From NCBI GenBank assembly GCA_964016885.1, contig OZ024743.1, positions 216,132,001-216,196,000 on the forward strand: a stretch of DNA of 64,000 nt. The letters run 5' to 3'. Source of the stretch: Eledone cirrhosa. Lineage: Eukaryota. The stretch's first letter is position 1. The number at the start of each line of letters is the position of its first letter. The translations under genes were made by a program, and so were the position numbers. A model generated the notes under the pieces. It saw only the letters and a program-made list of their open reading frames with translations. It made no database searches and was not told where the DNA came from. Shown piece by piece: positions 24,047 to 37,200 of the stretch.

Positions 24047-25732
24047 AGTTCAGACAAGTTGAGAAAACTTCTAAACGTAATCGGCTCCCCTTAACCTTGA
24101 GACTCTCCCCTTGTCATTATTATATTTACACCGGTAGCTATGAATATTTTCGATGTATATTTGAATGTAAAATTTTCATAAAGTTAATTTAAATATTCAA
24201 AGATCCAATATGTTCTTATATACTTCCTTTTTACTCCCTCCATTACCACCCTTGATATGACTGTATTTATTTATGCATTTTACTTATGTTTTTATTTATG
24301 TATTTATTTACTCGCTTTACTCTCATTACATACTTATCCTTGTACTCATTAGCACACGACGCTAGAATATTACTCTCTGTACCCTTTATATATGTCTATC
24401 TTTATTCACTCCCCTACCCACCCAAGAATCACACTACATATAACCCGGACGAACTGGGGACTAAATATAGTCTATTTGCATATTTCATCAGATTTTACCA
24501 CTTTCAACTTCACATCACGGGTGTCAATAACTAATAATCGTGTGGTACACGCGATCGATGATCCGACGGACGTGGCTGCTTTACCGACTGCACGCCAGGC
24601 GCTCGGGTCGATCAGCCCTCCTAGAGTGCCTGGAAAAATAAAGTACTCCTTCATTCGGCAAACGAAAATACTCGGAACGGCTGCTTCGCCTTGGGGCCCT
24701 GTTAGGCTTGGAATCCGCCGTGCACCGGTTATTGACCGCCAAATAATACCTGTAAATTCTAGGCTTAATCATAACTTTTATCTTTATCATGGCTCCTTCT
24801 ACTAGCACATAACTAAATTCCCCACCAGTGTGAATAACTAGTAATCGTTTGGTATATACAATAGCCAACTGACGGTGGCGGACTTCCCGCTAGCACACCC
24901 GACGCTTAAGACAGTTAACTTCCTGGAGTGCTCGGAAAAATAAATTTCCATTTCTTTCGCTAGACGATAATACTCGGAACAGCTGACACACCGTTGGGTC
25001 CCGGGCTGGCCGGGTGTCTGCAAAGTCGCTGGTTATTGACCGCTAAGCATGGGCTTAATCTTTACTTTATATTCTACCCTGAAACTTTATCGTGACTATC
25101 TATAATACACTTAAACTTTTTCATAAAAGCCTCCTTCTGTAAATTCTTTAACTAAATCTCCCGACTTTAAACCTAAAGCTTATTTTTCTAATGTCATCTT
25201 AAATGGCATTTTCTAACTCTAAACATAAATTTAACGTTTCTAATTGTTAATCGTAATTTCTGTCCATACATTATACTATGCAGACGTCATCTATGTATTA
25301 CTATATATAGCTTTGTTAAAGATACAGGTTCTTTGAAAAAATATTTTTCGTGGTACTTTCTGGCACTCATGACCAGCTTGATTGTAACCTGATCTCACGG
25401 CTGGCATGTGTCTGTGACGGGGTAGTAGTAGTACACTATAAGCATGCGCCCCTTCACCAGAGTGACACAAGTAGGTTTAATAATCACCACTCCAGGGCGG
25501 CCGACCCGGGTAGAAGCTGCTAAATGGTCGGCCGCCCTGATGTCTCTGATTTTCAGCCCCAGGGATTTTGTCTATTATAATCCTTTGTTATATTTCAAAT
25601 TTCTGATGATGTCACCAGATTCATGCTGAACCCGGTCATTGATATGATCATAGTATAATAAACCTTTTAAGGAATTACAGCAGTTATTTTATAATTTTTA
25701 TAATAATTAACTCCGTACTCGCACCACCATCT
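24047..25732 (+). mobile_element. Probable PLE 3' region / solo pLTR with an internal diverged tandem repeat and a degenerate hammerhead (25590-25645)
   Basis: Starts at (TA)n; CTGATGA..GAAC-CCGG-TC near the 3' end followed by AATAAA; PLE origin is inferred. Confidence 0.55.
24519..25158. repeat. Diverged tandem duplication, units 24519-24820 and 24827-25158
   Basis: Shared blocks AATAACTA.TAATCGT.TGGTA, TCCT.GAGTGC..GGAAAAATAAA, ACGA.AATACTCGGAAC, GGTTATTGACCGC, GGCTTAATC, CTCCTTCT, AACTAAAT. Confidence 0.85.
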
Positions 25733-25852
25733 AGACAAACGAAGAGGTGTGAGATGCATTTCGTCGAGTGCTTTCCATAATATTACATCGAGGTTGACCA
25801 CACGGAATGACCAGTTCTATCCAGTGGTGAACCAACAAACCTAAATATATAT

Positions 25853-25978
<126 letters not shown>

Positions 25979-26589
25979 AATATGTACATATATATATATA
26001 CACGGGTACATAAAACTAACCCTATAATTCTATATATGCACTATTCTAATATCGCTATCTATATATGTTTATATATTGGTTCATTATCATGCCCTTCTTT
26101 GTCTGTGACTCTCCTAATATAATTTGATCTCATCCATTTTTTTTTACTATATCATTGATCCTGCTTCCATTATTATGGTTGCGTATTTGCTGCCAGCATT
26201 GCCCTTGGGCAACATAGAATTAATGAGATAGCACAGTCAGACTAAAATCAATATATATATAGGATGAATCAGTTTTTGCATAAGGGGTTTGCGAATATCT
26301 TGACATTTGTGTAGTTCATGTTGTTTGTAAAGTAGAGGCGTTTTCGAAATTCTTCTATTGTTTTACTAGCCGTAATTTTTCTTTATATTTCTGGTAATCG
26401 TGTAGTTGTTTTTTGCTTATCATTATTCCTATCGTTAATGTCATAGATTCTTAAGCCTTATATTAATCTTTAGATTCTGAACATCTGCAAAAAAAATATT
26501 TATATAATATATATATATATAACAAAGAAAATGTGGTAAGGAGCCAGAGGGGTCATACTTTTTCCTATATTTTATATATATATATATAT

Positions 26590-29500
26590 GTAGGAGGTGA
26601 GTTTTATTGTAACTCAATAAAGCAATGCAACTATCGGATAAGTAGCACTCAACAGTTTATAGGACTGGAGTATAAATAATATAAAATCAAAAGATGGTTA
26701 AAAGAGTACCATGTATTTTATTATGCGCATTTCAAAAACAAATATCATCATGGGATGATATTTGCGTTCTCATCATTTAAAATAGGGAGACATGATATGA
26801 AACTTAAAAACACTTGCGAACAGTGAAGTGTTAAATCAACATATGAAAAATAAAATAAGATGGATATATGAGATTGGAAAAAAGGAAAGGAAGGGGGAAG
26901 GGAAAGGTAAGGAAAAGGAAGAAAGAATATAGATAGAAACAAATATAATAATAAGGAAAGGATGACGGAGGAGGTATATAAGAAGGAAGTATGAGAGAGG
27001 AGGAGAAAATAATTTGAGAGAGATAGAGAGATAACCTTTAAAACAGAGAACAATTTAAAACGAACCGTTGTAAGATAATACATAATTTAAAAAATTAAGA
27101 AATTATAAGTTAATGAGGTTTACGAATGGTAATGCTTATGATTAAAGAAAAGGGAATTAAGAATACTATTTATTTAAGGTTTATATATTGAAGGGTTTAA
27201 TAAGATGTGCGAAAAAGGAATTTATTAAAATGTATTATCAAATAAAATATATTAAGAAGATAAGGTGAATGAAGATAAGGTTAAAAGAATTATGAACTTA
27301 GAGGAATTAATTAGGGACCAAGTTTGTTTCTATATATTGTAATAGGAAAAATTAAATAATAGATTTAATACGAGCATGGAAGGAGAGAAGAAAGTAAAAA
27401 TTCAAGGAAGAACAATTATATAACGTAAAAAAAAAATATATATTAGTATATATTAAAAATAAAAATGTGTATGGCCGAGAATATAAGGAAAATGTTATAG
27501 TGAGTTATAAGATGAATTAAGAAGTAATTGAGAAGTAAAAGTTGCAGATTAATGATTAGAAATTAAAAAAGAAGAAAATTAGGGGACCGCTAATGACATA
27601 GTATGAGTAATATTGTATAATATACTGAAATAAGGTAGAAAGATGGGTATATTTGTAAAAAATATAAAATTGTTTGAGAAAAAAAGATTTTAAACTAATT
27701 AGGTAGTAAGATATTAGCTGTATACTTTATGGAATGTTCAATGGGATTTATGCAAGCAAAGCGAAAATAAATCTGTACGTCTATTTATTATAGAAATAAA
27801 ATTAGAGATAATGGTAAATTTCTCCGCTAGGCAGAGAAAATATTGTTTTTAACTAATTAGGTAGTAAGATATTAGCTGTATACTTTATGGAATGTTCTAT
27901 GGAATTTATGCAAACAGAGCGAAAATAAATCCGTACGTCTATTTATTATAGAATTAAAATTAGAGATAATGGTAAATTTCTCCGCTAGGCAGAGATTACA
28001 TCTTCTGGCTAGGGAAGAATTAAGGTAAGGAGAGAAGTTGCAAACCTTTCAGCAAGAAATATTGTAGTTAATATTTTTGTCCTTTAATGACCATATGAGT
28101 TCTGAGAGTGCTGTGTTAGTTCTATTAAGTTGGTATTTAAAAGAAGAATTGTGATTATAAGATCTTGCTTTAAAGGAAGTGGAAGTGGAACCAAAATAGG
28201 TAAAATAATTATTACCAGTTATAACCTTACATTCATACATTAAATTTGTATCAAGATATTCGTTACTAAGAGGACATTTAGTTCTAATAGGGCAATTGCA
28301 ATTACGATTAGAGAAATTACCAGAGTTATTAGCAAGTGACCCAGTATTATTTATAGAAGGAATTTAATTGGAGAAGTTACTTACGATAGGTGCTAAAGTT
28401 TCCTGATTTAGATTGGTATTATGAACATTTGACAAAGTTACGTTTGACGTCGTATTTAAATTTACGGAATCTAGCATAGAGTTAACATTGACGTCGGGCT
28501 TACTATTGTTATCAGTATGACGCTCAGTGTTGGATGGATATGGTTTATTGCTTAATATTTTAGTATTATGTTTTTAGATAATGTTAGAGACGTTGGAAGT
28601 GGTGGAATAAGAGAATTTAATTGTATGCTTATTAAAGATATTATTATAAATATGTGAAGGGGGGAAGCATTTATCTAAGGCCCTAAAAAGTAATTTAGGA
28701 ATATTACTAATAATAGATAGAGAAAAAGGAGCGTTGTACCAAATCATATTTTTATATCTAGGTTTTTTCTTTATGCTATTGGAAATCTTATAACTAACTA
28801 TATTACTATAAGTTACTCCATGATTGGTTTCTTTACTGTATTTAATTTTGTCAAGATAACCGGCTCTTGAAAGCGCATTGATGTAATAATTGGCTTTAGC
28901 GTCAAAGATAAGTTTATTAGAAGATAGATTTGAGATTTTTTTTCAACATTACTGACTATAGCATGTTTAAGTTAATAGGGTGGTTCGATTTAAAATTAAC
29001 ATAATTTAGATTCTCATTGTCTTTATGGTAAGGGTAATATAGGCCGGTGTCAAGATTAAGGGATATATCCAGGAAGTTAGCTAGTTTGACATTGTGTTCA
29101 AATTCAATTTTTAGGTTATGGTGCTTAAATAGATCAAGTATATTATTCTTAATCATATGAAGGTTAACTAAGATACAGTTTAAGACAGTAAAAAGGGCAT
29201 CGTCACGATAAATTCCACCGCGAAGTTGAGGAATTTTCCGATTTAAAGAATTCAAAATAAAGATTCCAATCAAGTCCCTCAATTGCGCTGAATCCAACGA
29301 ACCCATTGTGATATCAAAATTGTTGGAAGTATCAGCTCTAGTCCAATATTTGTCGTTGAATTCCGGGATAGGTTTTTTCTTGCGGTGAGAATGATGTACA
29401 GTTCATCGGTGGTGATGTCAGAATATTTAAATGCAAAAGAGAGAGCGTTGTTGAGGAGTGAAGGCGAAATAAAGGAATAGTAACTGGCAATGTCAAACTG

Positions 29501-30060
29501 AATAAATGTGTGTTTGTTTTTATTATTCAGGTCATTGAACCAGTCAATTACATCAGATGTACCAATCCTTAAATTTAAGTTAGAAATAGAGCAATTAGAA
29601 CGAACCTGTGGGTTAATTCTATTCAAAATGGATTTACTAACAACCCCCAGATCGGATTTAGAGGGGGCGATTAGTCTAATAGGCAGTTCAGTTCGAAAGT
29701 TACTGTTGTGATCCTTAAGTTTTATTCTCGTAGTTCTTGGCAAGAATGTTTAGGTCTTTTTCTCGATGCCAAGTTTAGACGTAATCTGAGAAGCTTCCAA
29801 GTTTATAGATTCAAGATTCTCATGGTTAGTTTTGCGATACACCATCTTTAGATACACCATATAAATTATTAAGTTTGTCGGAATGGACTAAGCCTTTTAT
29901 AGAAGAATTAAGGTCCGAAATCGTATTCCTGAGATTTATAAGGTGCTCCTGTCCTCTATTAGGGTTTCTCTTGAATTTAAGTACTCTTATAATATTAGTT
30001 AGTTCTTCCTCAAACTGTGCTAGATTTTTATTGAAAGGAGGATTTCTTCTAGAGTTTATA
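26590..30060 (-). mobile_element. Decayed Nematis-like PLE, 5'-truncated
   Basis: LKDH, IRLIAPSKSDLG, QFDIASYY, MGSLD, GIYRDD, YFGSTSTSFKAR; ~158 bp tandem duplication of the ORF end (27688-27995). Confidence 0.9.
26714..26784 (-). ncRNA. Hammerhead variant (first core C changed to A)
   Basis: Minus strand TATTTTAA-ATGATGA..CAAATATCATC ccat GATGATATTTG..GAAA-TGCGCA-TA-ATAAAATA. Confidence 0.7.
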
Positions 30061-30122
<62 letters not shown>

Positions 30123-30124
<2 letters not shown>

Positions 30125-30297
30125 TTATACTTTGGGAGGGTCATGTTGCCAATAAGAAACACACGCACCAGTTGCTTTCACATCAATTTATTATAATAAA
30201 ATTATAAATTTAGGAATTTATAAATTTATGAATTGAAATGAAACCACCTGTTGCGTGTGTTACTTATTGGCAACATGACCCTCCCAAAGTATAAGAA
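30123..30297. mobile_element. Inverted pair of PLE tails of the 5825-6940 family
   Basis: Both arms match 6878-6938 (GCGTGTGTTTCTTATTGGCAACATGACCCTCCCAAAGTATAA). Confidence 0.85.
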
Positions 30298-30422
30298 TAT
30301 CAGTTTCAACACACGTTATCAGATAAAGAATCTTGCTAAACAAACTCAGAAACGAAATATATATATATATATAAAAGAAATAGGATTTCGCTTGAAGCAT
30401 AGCTTCATACAATATGTATAAA

Positions 30423-30763
30423 TATTTCGTATCTCCAAAGAAATACGGTTTTTGGAAGCCGTAGCTATGCAAACAGCAGGGGGCTAACGCCCTCTGGTGA
30501 TGTCCAGCAGATGTAGAGCCAACTTTGGCAGTTTCATATGCATATGAGATTAATCACCTCATTTACACAAACGAGAAATGTATATATTCTAGCCTGTCTT
30601 CTAGTCCAGCAGTCGAAAGCGGTGGGAGGGACCGTTCTGACTAAGGTCAGTTAGGCTTGAAAATGCATAGAGATTTGTTCCCCTTGCTTCTGCTGGACAT
30701 TTCCAGAGGGAGTTAGCCCCCCGGTGTTTACATAGCTACGGCTTTCTCTGGAGATACGAAATA
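30423..30763. mobile_element. Fold-back / MITE-like element with ~90-100 bp imperfect inverted arms
   Basis: TATTTCGTATCTCCA..CCGTAGCTATG..GGGGGCTAAC..GTCCAGCAGA pairs with TCTGCTGGAC..GTTAGCCCCC..CATAGCTACGG..TGGAGATACGAAATA. Confidence 0.7.
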
Positions 30764-30800
30764 ATTATACATATATATATATGTATATGTATATATATGT

Positions 30801-30890
<90 letters not shown>

Positions 30891-30929
30891 GTATACATAT
30901 ATATACATATATATATGCATATATATATA

Positions 30930-32130
30930 GTGAAAGAGTGAAGAATAGCATGGTCGACTGTACAAAAAGGGTGTGTCTCTGATCAAATCATCGCAATACT
31001 GGAAGTTATAACATATGGCATTGGTATTTATAGATACATCGGAGAATCAAAACAATAACATCAATAATAAAAGGTAATAAAAGATAATAATAAAGAATTT
31101 AGAAAGAAAATGATTAAGATGTAAAAAATAAGCACAGAATACGATTGCTGATAATAGTAGTGAAGGTGGTGGTAGTTGTAGTTACAGTGGTGAATAGTGG
31201 ATGTGTAAAATAGTGATGACGGTAAAGATAACAATAACATGAAAGGAAACACTAAATATATATGTGGTATAAATGGAAGAGGTATGATCAAATCTCAGAA
31301 TATTAGGAAAAAAAAAAAAAATAAAAGAAAAAAATAGAAAAAGTAAAAAGATAAGAAAAAAAAAATGAAAAAAAAAACAATAAAAAAAAAATAAATAAAT
31401 AAAAAAAATGAAAAAAAAAAAATAAATAAAATAAATAAAAAAAAAAATAATTGATAAAAGAGTAAAAATAGATAAAAATAAGTGAGAGAGGAAGAGATAA
31501 GAGACAGGAGACATCGAGGATGAAACAAGGCGTAGGGCTAATGACGGGGAAGGAGCAGATATATAGATAGAGAATAAAAAGTGAAAGGGCCTGTGATGAT
31601 ATACGGGTGGTTAATGTCTGGCCTACAGATTGTTTTATCTTAATGGAGGTGATGTGTCTATAGAGAGAGAGTGAAAGAAATGTTGGGAGATTTATGATGT
31701 TGATTTACTGACCAGTTGGTCAGTTGACAGCTGATAAAAGTGGGGCGGTGTGGAGCTAGTACATTAAACCCGGGGGGGTTCTGCTTGAATTCTGAGATTG
31801 CTGGATCGAATCATGCCCGTTTGTAGTTAGAGAACTTGGTAGCTGCTGTGTGCCTACTGAAAATTGATCGTTCTATTTTGTTGTTAAGGTGCATTTTATC
31901 AAACTTTAAAATATGGAGCAGCTCCATATTGCAAAGACCGCAGAGGGACATTCCATTATCGGAGGCCCTTGCTCTCGATAATTTCGACCAGCTAATCCCA
32001 TATTCCTGGTTGGTGTCCTTAAGCTGCCATACTTTATTGGCCAACGTCGTTGAGTTCTGTAGGCTACGGTCTTTTATAGAATGTCTATGTACATACCATC
32101 TGTTTATTTTATTCCCCAGCCGTAGAACCT
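30930..32130 (-). mobile_element. Nematis-like PLE GIY-YIG C-terminus and probable 3' region
   Basis: ORF 31811-32044 (KVWQLKD..W..L..CGLCNME..LNNKIER..RH) is homologous to the C-terminus of the 773-aa ORF; the 3' boundary is uncertain. Confidence 0.75.
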
Positions 32131-32486
32131 ATATATTGCCATATATATGTGTAATCTGAGTTTTTCGAATATTAATAATAACATTCGATTCATTTGCAAT
32201 TATGCAAAGAAGCCTCATTTTTAAAGCCATGTCAGGAGATTGAACCCTTCCTTCTTCCTCTTGTGTTGGCATGTAAACAGAACTGCTGACACTAATGTTT
32301 CTGGGTATCACCCTTCATCAATACATCTCACTGTTCACTTGCCAACTGTCAGAGCTAGAGAAAATATATGATATTTTCTAAAGTATACAGTGACTGATCG
32401 GCCTGATTTGCATATTACCAGATTGGCTGATCAGTCAGATCTGCATACCAGCAGATCCGCTGATCAGCCAGATTTGCATGTAAATG

Positions 32487-32519
<33 letters not shown>

Positions 32520-32537
32520 GTATATATATATATATAT

Positions 32538-34200
32538 ATAGGAACAAGTAGGACCCCGACGGCTGAGCTCAAGCCGTTTCAACGGCTAATTCTGGCCTAA
32601 ATGAAAATGTTTATCCTGGTAAATGAATAGACGAACATCTCAGGGGATAATTCCATATAAGGTAAAAGTGATTGTCACAAGGATTGGTCAAAAGTTTGTT
32701 GTTGAGAAACATGATTCTATCATGGCATTTTGTGGAAGGTAGTGGTAGCTGAACTTGTCAGTAGAAGAAATAGGGAGAGGGAGTGGAGGAAACCCAGTCG
32801 AGCTTTGAAAGTGACAACTACAGCAGAATCTAAGGATATTAGGTCGAAAAAAGTATACTAGAGAAGGGGAGGGGGAGGAAGTCGAAACAATAAGTAAGTC
32901 TATATGGAGTAAATATATAGAAAAAAAAACAATTTCTGGTTACTATTCCCCTTCCACAATCATCAAATCTCTCACTGGTACTGCTAAGCTATAGAAAAGT
33001 TTAATATGTGGGACGGAATACTAAATACGAGATTGTAGTGAAATAATTTTTTGAGTTAGTAGTAATCGGCCAAATCTATCTTACAATGACAGGTCAACAA
33101 GTAGGGGCCAAAATACTAAAAAAAAATAATAAAAAAATAAAAATAAAAATAAATAATACGAAATAATAATTCAGAGACCCGAGACTAGTACGAAATATTA
33201 ATTCAGAATCCCGAAACGTAAATACTAATACGATATATATAAGTACTGCTACAATACATAAATTCTAATACAAATTACATAGATACTCATACAATAAATA
33301 TAAAAAGCTAATACAATATATATAAATACTGCTACAATACATAAATTATTATCCAATCTACATAAATGCTCGTACAATATATATGAAAAACTAATACGAA
33401 CAATTAATTCAGAATCCCCCCCCAAAAAAGAAAATACTGATATACGAGAAACTAAAGCAGAAATACCACTAAAAAATCTAGAAATCACGGAAATGGCGTA
33501 GCAATCAGAGAAGAAAGCCAGTATCTGGGGTCTAGCACATCGGCTATAAAAAGCGAAATCGGCCAATTCTATCATAAAATAAGGGAGGTCGGGGTGCTGA
33601 GGCTACAGAGAACCGGGATGGGCGAGAAGTTGAAAATAACGACGACAAAGGAGGAGATCTGGGGTGGAAGGACTAGGAAGGGATGGGGGAAGAAGGAGAT
33701 ATAGAGGAAACGATAAAAAATATATGAGAAAATATATACAAAAAAGTTACGTCTACCTTTGTCGGCAAGTGGGGTGTTTCAGCCCTTGTATACCCCCTCC
33801 CCCGGGTCATTATGGGGTTTTAGGGCGAGGTAAGTCCTACGCAATCTCTGTTTGCATGCAGTTACCAGTTTGTCTTTCTTGTTTAGGAGTTGGTCCGTCG
33901 AAAACAACATTTGTAATGATTCCTCCGAGCATAAGTTACACGGACGGCGTCCTCCCGTGTAAGAGTTGGCTCTGGACAGTAAGCTCCAAGTGAGATTATA
34001 GGTTATATTGTTATCTATGAGGTCCCATATGTAGCCCGAAAGTGTAGAGGCGTGACGCCGGGCCGGGTTTCGGACCATCCTAGAAACATCACCAATAACC
34101 TGGTTAAAAAATCTCCCTCCGCATATCTCCTTTGTCCGCTAATGAGGAATATGCGCCTTATTACAACCAGGCCCTCAAGCGGAGTGACTTCCGGTAGTCC
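32538..34200 (-). mobile_element. 5'-truncated Nematis-like PLE with 5' inversion
   Basis: ORF 33779-34078 (STLSGYIWDL..CNLCSEE..LLNKK). 34082-34200 encodes a thumb fragment (YAPYYNQALKRSDF) on the opposite strand. Confidence 0.8.
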
Positions 34201-35643
34201 TATATTCACTTAAAAATCTTCAAGCACAGAAATCACTTGATCCAAACGATTTTCACATGTGCTGCATGAGCATGGCCTTTTAGTTTTTCGTTCTTCGTTT
34301 TTCGTGTTTCGTTCGCTGACGAATATGCACAAAGTAATGTAAGTAATTGCCAGTGCTAAAGAGTAATGGCCTTGCCACCCATGTATAGAAAAAAGGTCGA
34401 GGGATGTCAATTATTAAAACCCAGATACAGTAATTATATTATATATATATATGTTTCTCTTTCTCTTAATTTCTAGAACATTTATGACCGACCACGTTCC
34501 TGGTAGCAAGTTTGTAAAAAAAAGAAATTGTCATCCCTGATTGGCAAGAATGTTTTGCAAATTTTGAAGGTGCCAGCTATCGCAGCCAATTGTAGTCTAT
34601 GAATTTGGGAGCTGCGTTCTTTGTCCACAGAACCAAATTCAGTTATACTGTGGTCCAATAATGATGGGTATGTAGCTGAAGGTTTATCTTGGATACTGGA
34701 TTTGCAAGCTCCTCATCAATGGTCCGTAGATGCCCTCCTTCTCTTTGTTTTTCTGACAGCGTTGACATCAAGTGGGCAGCTGATGTATATATATATGTAT
34801 GTATATATGTATGTATGCCTGTATGTATGCATGAGTGTATGTATATTTGATTGTATGTATGTATGTATGTATGTATGTATGTATGTATGTATGTATGTAT
34901 GTATGTATGAATGCATGAATTATTTTCGTCTCAGAATGAATTATGAGAAATGTACATATGTATATGTGTGTTTGTCTCTTTTGCTACCAGACTTTATATG
35001 TAGATTAGTGAGGGGATGTTTGCTAGTTTTGTAACAAGTTTACAGTGGCACTAATTAATGTCAATATTCAAGATCGTATAAAGTTTTAGCTAACAGCTAA
35101 CTAACACCTATACTTTCCGTTTAACATTTTTCAATAACACATGAGGAAATGGGAGAAATTTTCCAAAGAAATCGTTTTAGCAAACCTATTAAGTGAGTTA
35201 ATCGAAAATAATAAAGTTTCTCATTTTTTAACACCTTTCATGAAAGATAAATGATTTAGATATTGAATCAACACTTTAAAAAAATACACAGCTAATTAAT
35301 TTGCAAATCAACAGCTGCTTTACAGAGAAAATTGCATACTTCAACGAAATTAAACAACGGGAGCAAATTATATATTTATTTTTAGTTTTTATCATTTTGA
35401 TTTTAGTTAAAACAACAAATGTTGTATATTGGATAGCTTTAACCATTTACGTACAAGTTGGTACTGATTTTAATTCTTTCAAACAGTAAATGTCGTTAGG
35501 AGATGCATAACACATTTTATTGAAGTCATGGCTCTGAAAATTATATATTAATTGATGTGAATGTAAGCTAGTTGTGAGTGCGACCGGCCACAACACCAAA
35601 TATTGCCCATGCGAATAATAAAGTTCAGTAAGATACACATACA

Positions 35644-35723
<80 letters not shown>

Positions 35724-35896
35724 GGAGGACAAGGTACAGCGAAACCGACCGCGTTGGGAACATGTGTACAATTAACAAGTAAGCCGTCTCTTCCATGTTT
35801 TTTCTCGGATTCAATTTAAACAAACATGAATTAGAATTACCCTACACAAAACGGATGCTCCTATTTCTTCTCATATATATATATATATGTATTTAT

Positions 35897-37200
35897 AGGG
35901 CTGATCGGTGAGCTATGCCCGCCGTCTGCCTCCTCGCGTTCAACCCTGGTAAACCACATACATCAGTGGGCCTGGAGACCAAGCAAATTTGTGGATGTTG
36001 GGTTAGCAACGTGTCCCCTTGTAACTGTAAGCCGCTACATAAACAACCAAGGAAATCCACAAAAATGATAGGCACAAAAATAAAGGCAGTGGAAACAGTC
36101 CACCTATGATGAAGCTCAACAAAACATGTAGGGATGTTGAGCTCTCGCTGAGCCGGTTTCTGAACACCAAAAGCCAAACATAAATTGGTACTTGGAACAT
36201 GTGGACACTGTACCAAGCGGGAAAGATGTTTCAGCTTCTCTAAGAGTTTGACGAGTAAAGACTGGTCATCTTCTGCATCAGTCAGGTTCGGTGGACAGTC
36301 AGCTGTAAGATCAACAACAGCGCGGTCACGAAACTTCTCTTATCCGTCTGCCAGAATCAGCACTTACACGGAGTCGGACTTCAGTTGAGTAAGGAGATGA
36401 GTCGGGCATTAATTTAGTGGAACGCATCATCACCAACAGACAGAAGACAATGATACCGCTGAAAAGGATGACTTTTACGATCAGTTGGGAACAGCCTGAG
36501 CGTAGGCAACATCTATTTAAGCACAAATCCATCCACAAGGACATTTGGCAGTCCCTGTACAATAACATCAGAAACAAGAATGACCATATCTGCACTAGAC
36601 AGCGCTGGTAACATCAGTTCGTGATGTCAGAAGAAATAGAGAATGCAGATGTTGGCTCCGACCACCTTATACTTCGAGCCAACCTAGAGGTAGGCTGGAA
36701 GAAATAGATATAGGCCAAGACAATGAGCGGTACAATTTAAACCTTAACAGGGTACAACAATACCAACTCGGGTCAAACAGCAGAGTGAGGTAGCGCAGCT
36801 AGTGGATCATTAGGTGCTATTTACACCTGCGGTGTCTGAAGTAGCGCAGCAGGCGGTGGAAAGAAGGCGTGAAACGAGAAGGGAGGGGTGGCTAGAAAAT
36901 TGAGAACTGGGCGATGAGAGGAAAAAGGTAAAGGGCGAAAGGACATCACCAAACCGGAGGAAGAAAAGTAGAAAATGGACGCTGCGTATCCCCTGCTCGA
37001 CCTACATGTGAAAAAAGGCTGGAAGAGAAAAGAGAGGCAGAGAAAGCAGCCAGTCAAAACGGCACGAGAACCCTATACCTCATTGTAAGAGATGTGACTG
37101 GGGCAGAGAGCAAACCCGGTATGCAAGTGAAAGACAAAATCAGCAAACCCTGTGACACAGATGAATATGAGCACAGATGGATAGAAATCTCCCTTGTGAT
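35897..37200 (+). mobile_element. Decayed RTE 5' part: UTR and AP endonuclease
   Basis: IGTWNMWTLYQAGK, ISQVRW, HK..W.S..NDHIC, ADVGSDHHL. Confidence 0.8.

Noticed and set aside
24723-25044. GTCAATAACC on the minus strand resembling the start of bacterial HEARO/IscB RNAs
   Set aside because: Only a 10-nt match; no IscB, TnpB or Fanzor ORF and no other HEARO motifs.
25385-25570. TGATCT and CAGCCCC motifs reminiscent of a dicistrovirus IGR IRES
   Set aside because: The required pseudoknots and downstream ORF could not be found.
34210-34780. Possible host exons on the minus strand
   Set aside because: Short frames with stops, no recognisable domain and no consistent splice chain.
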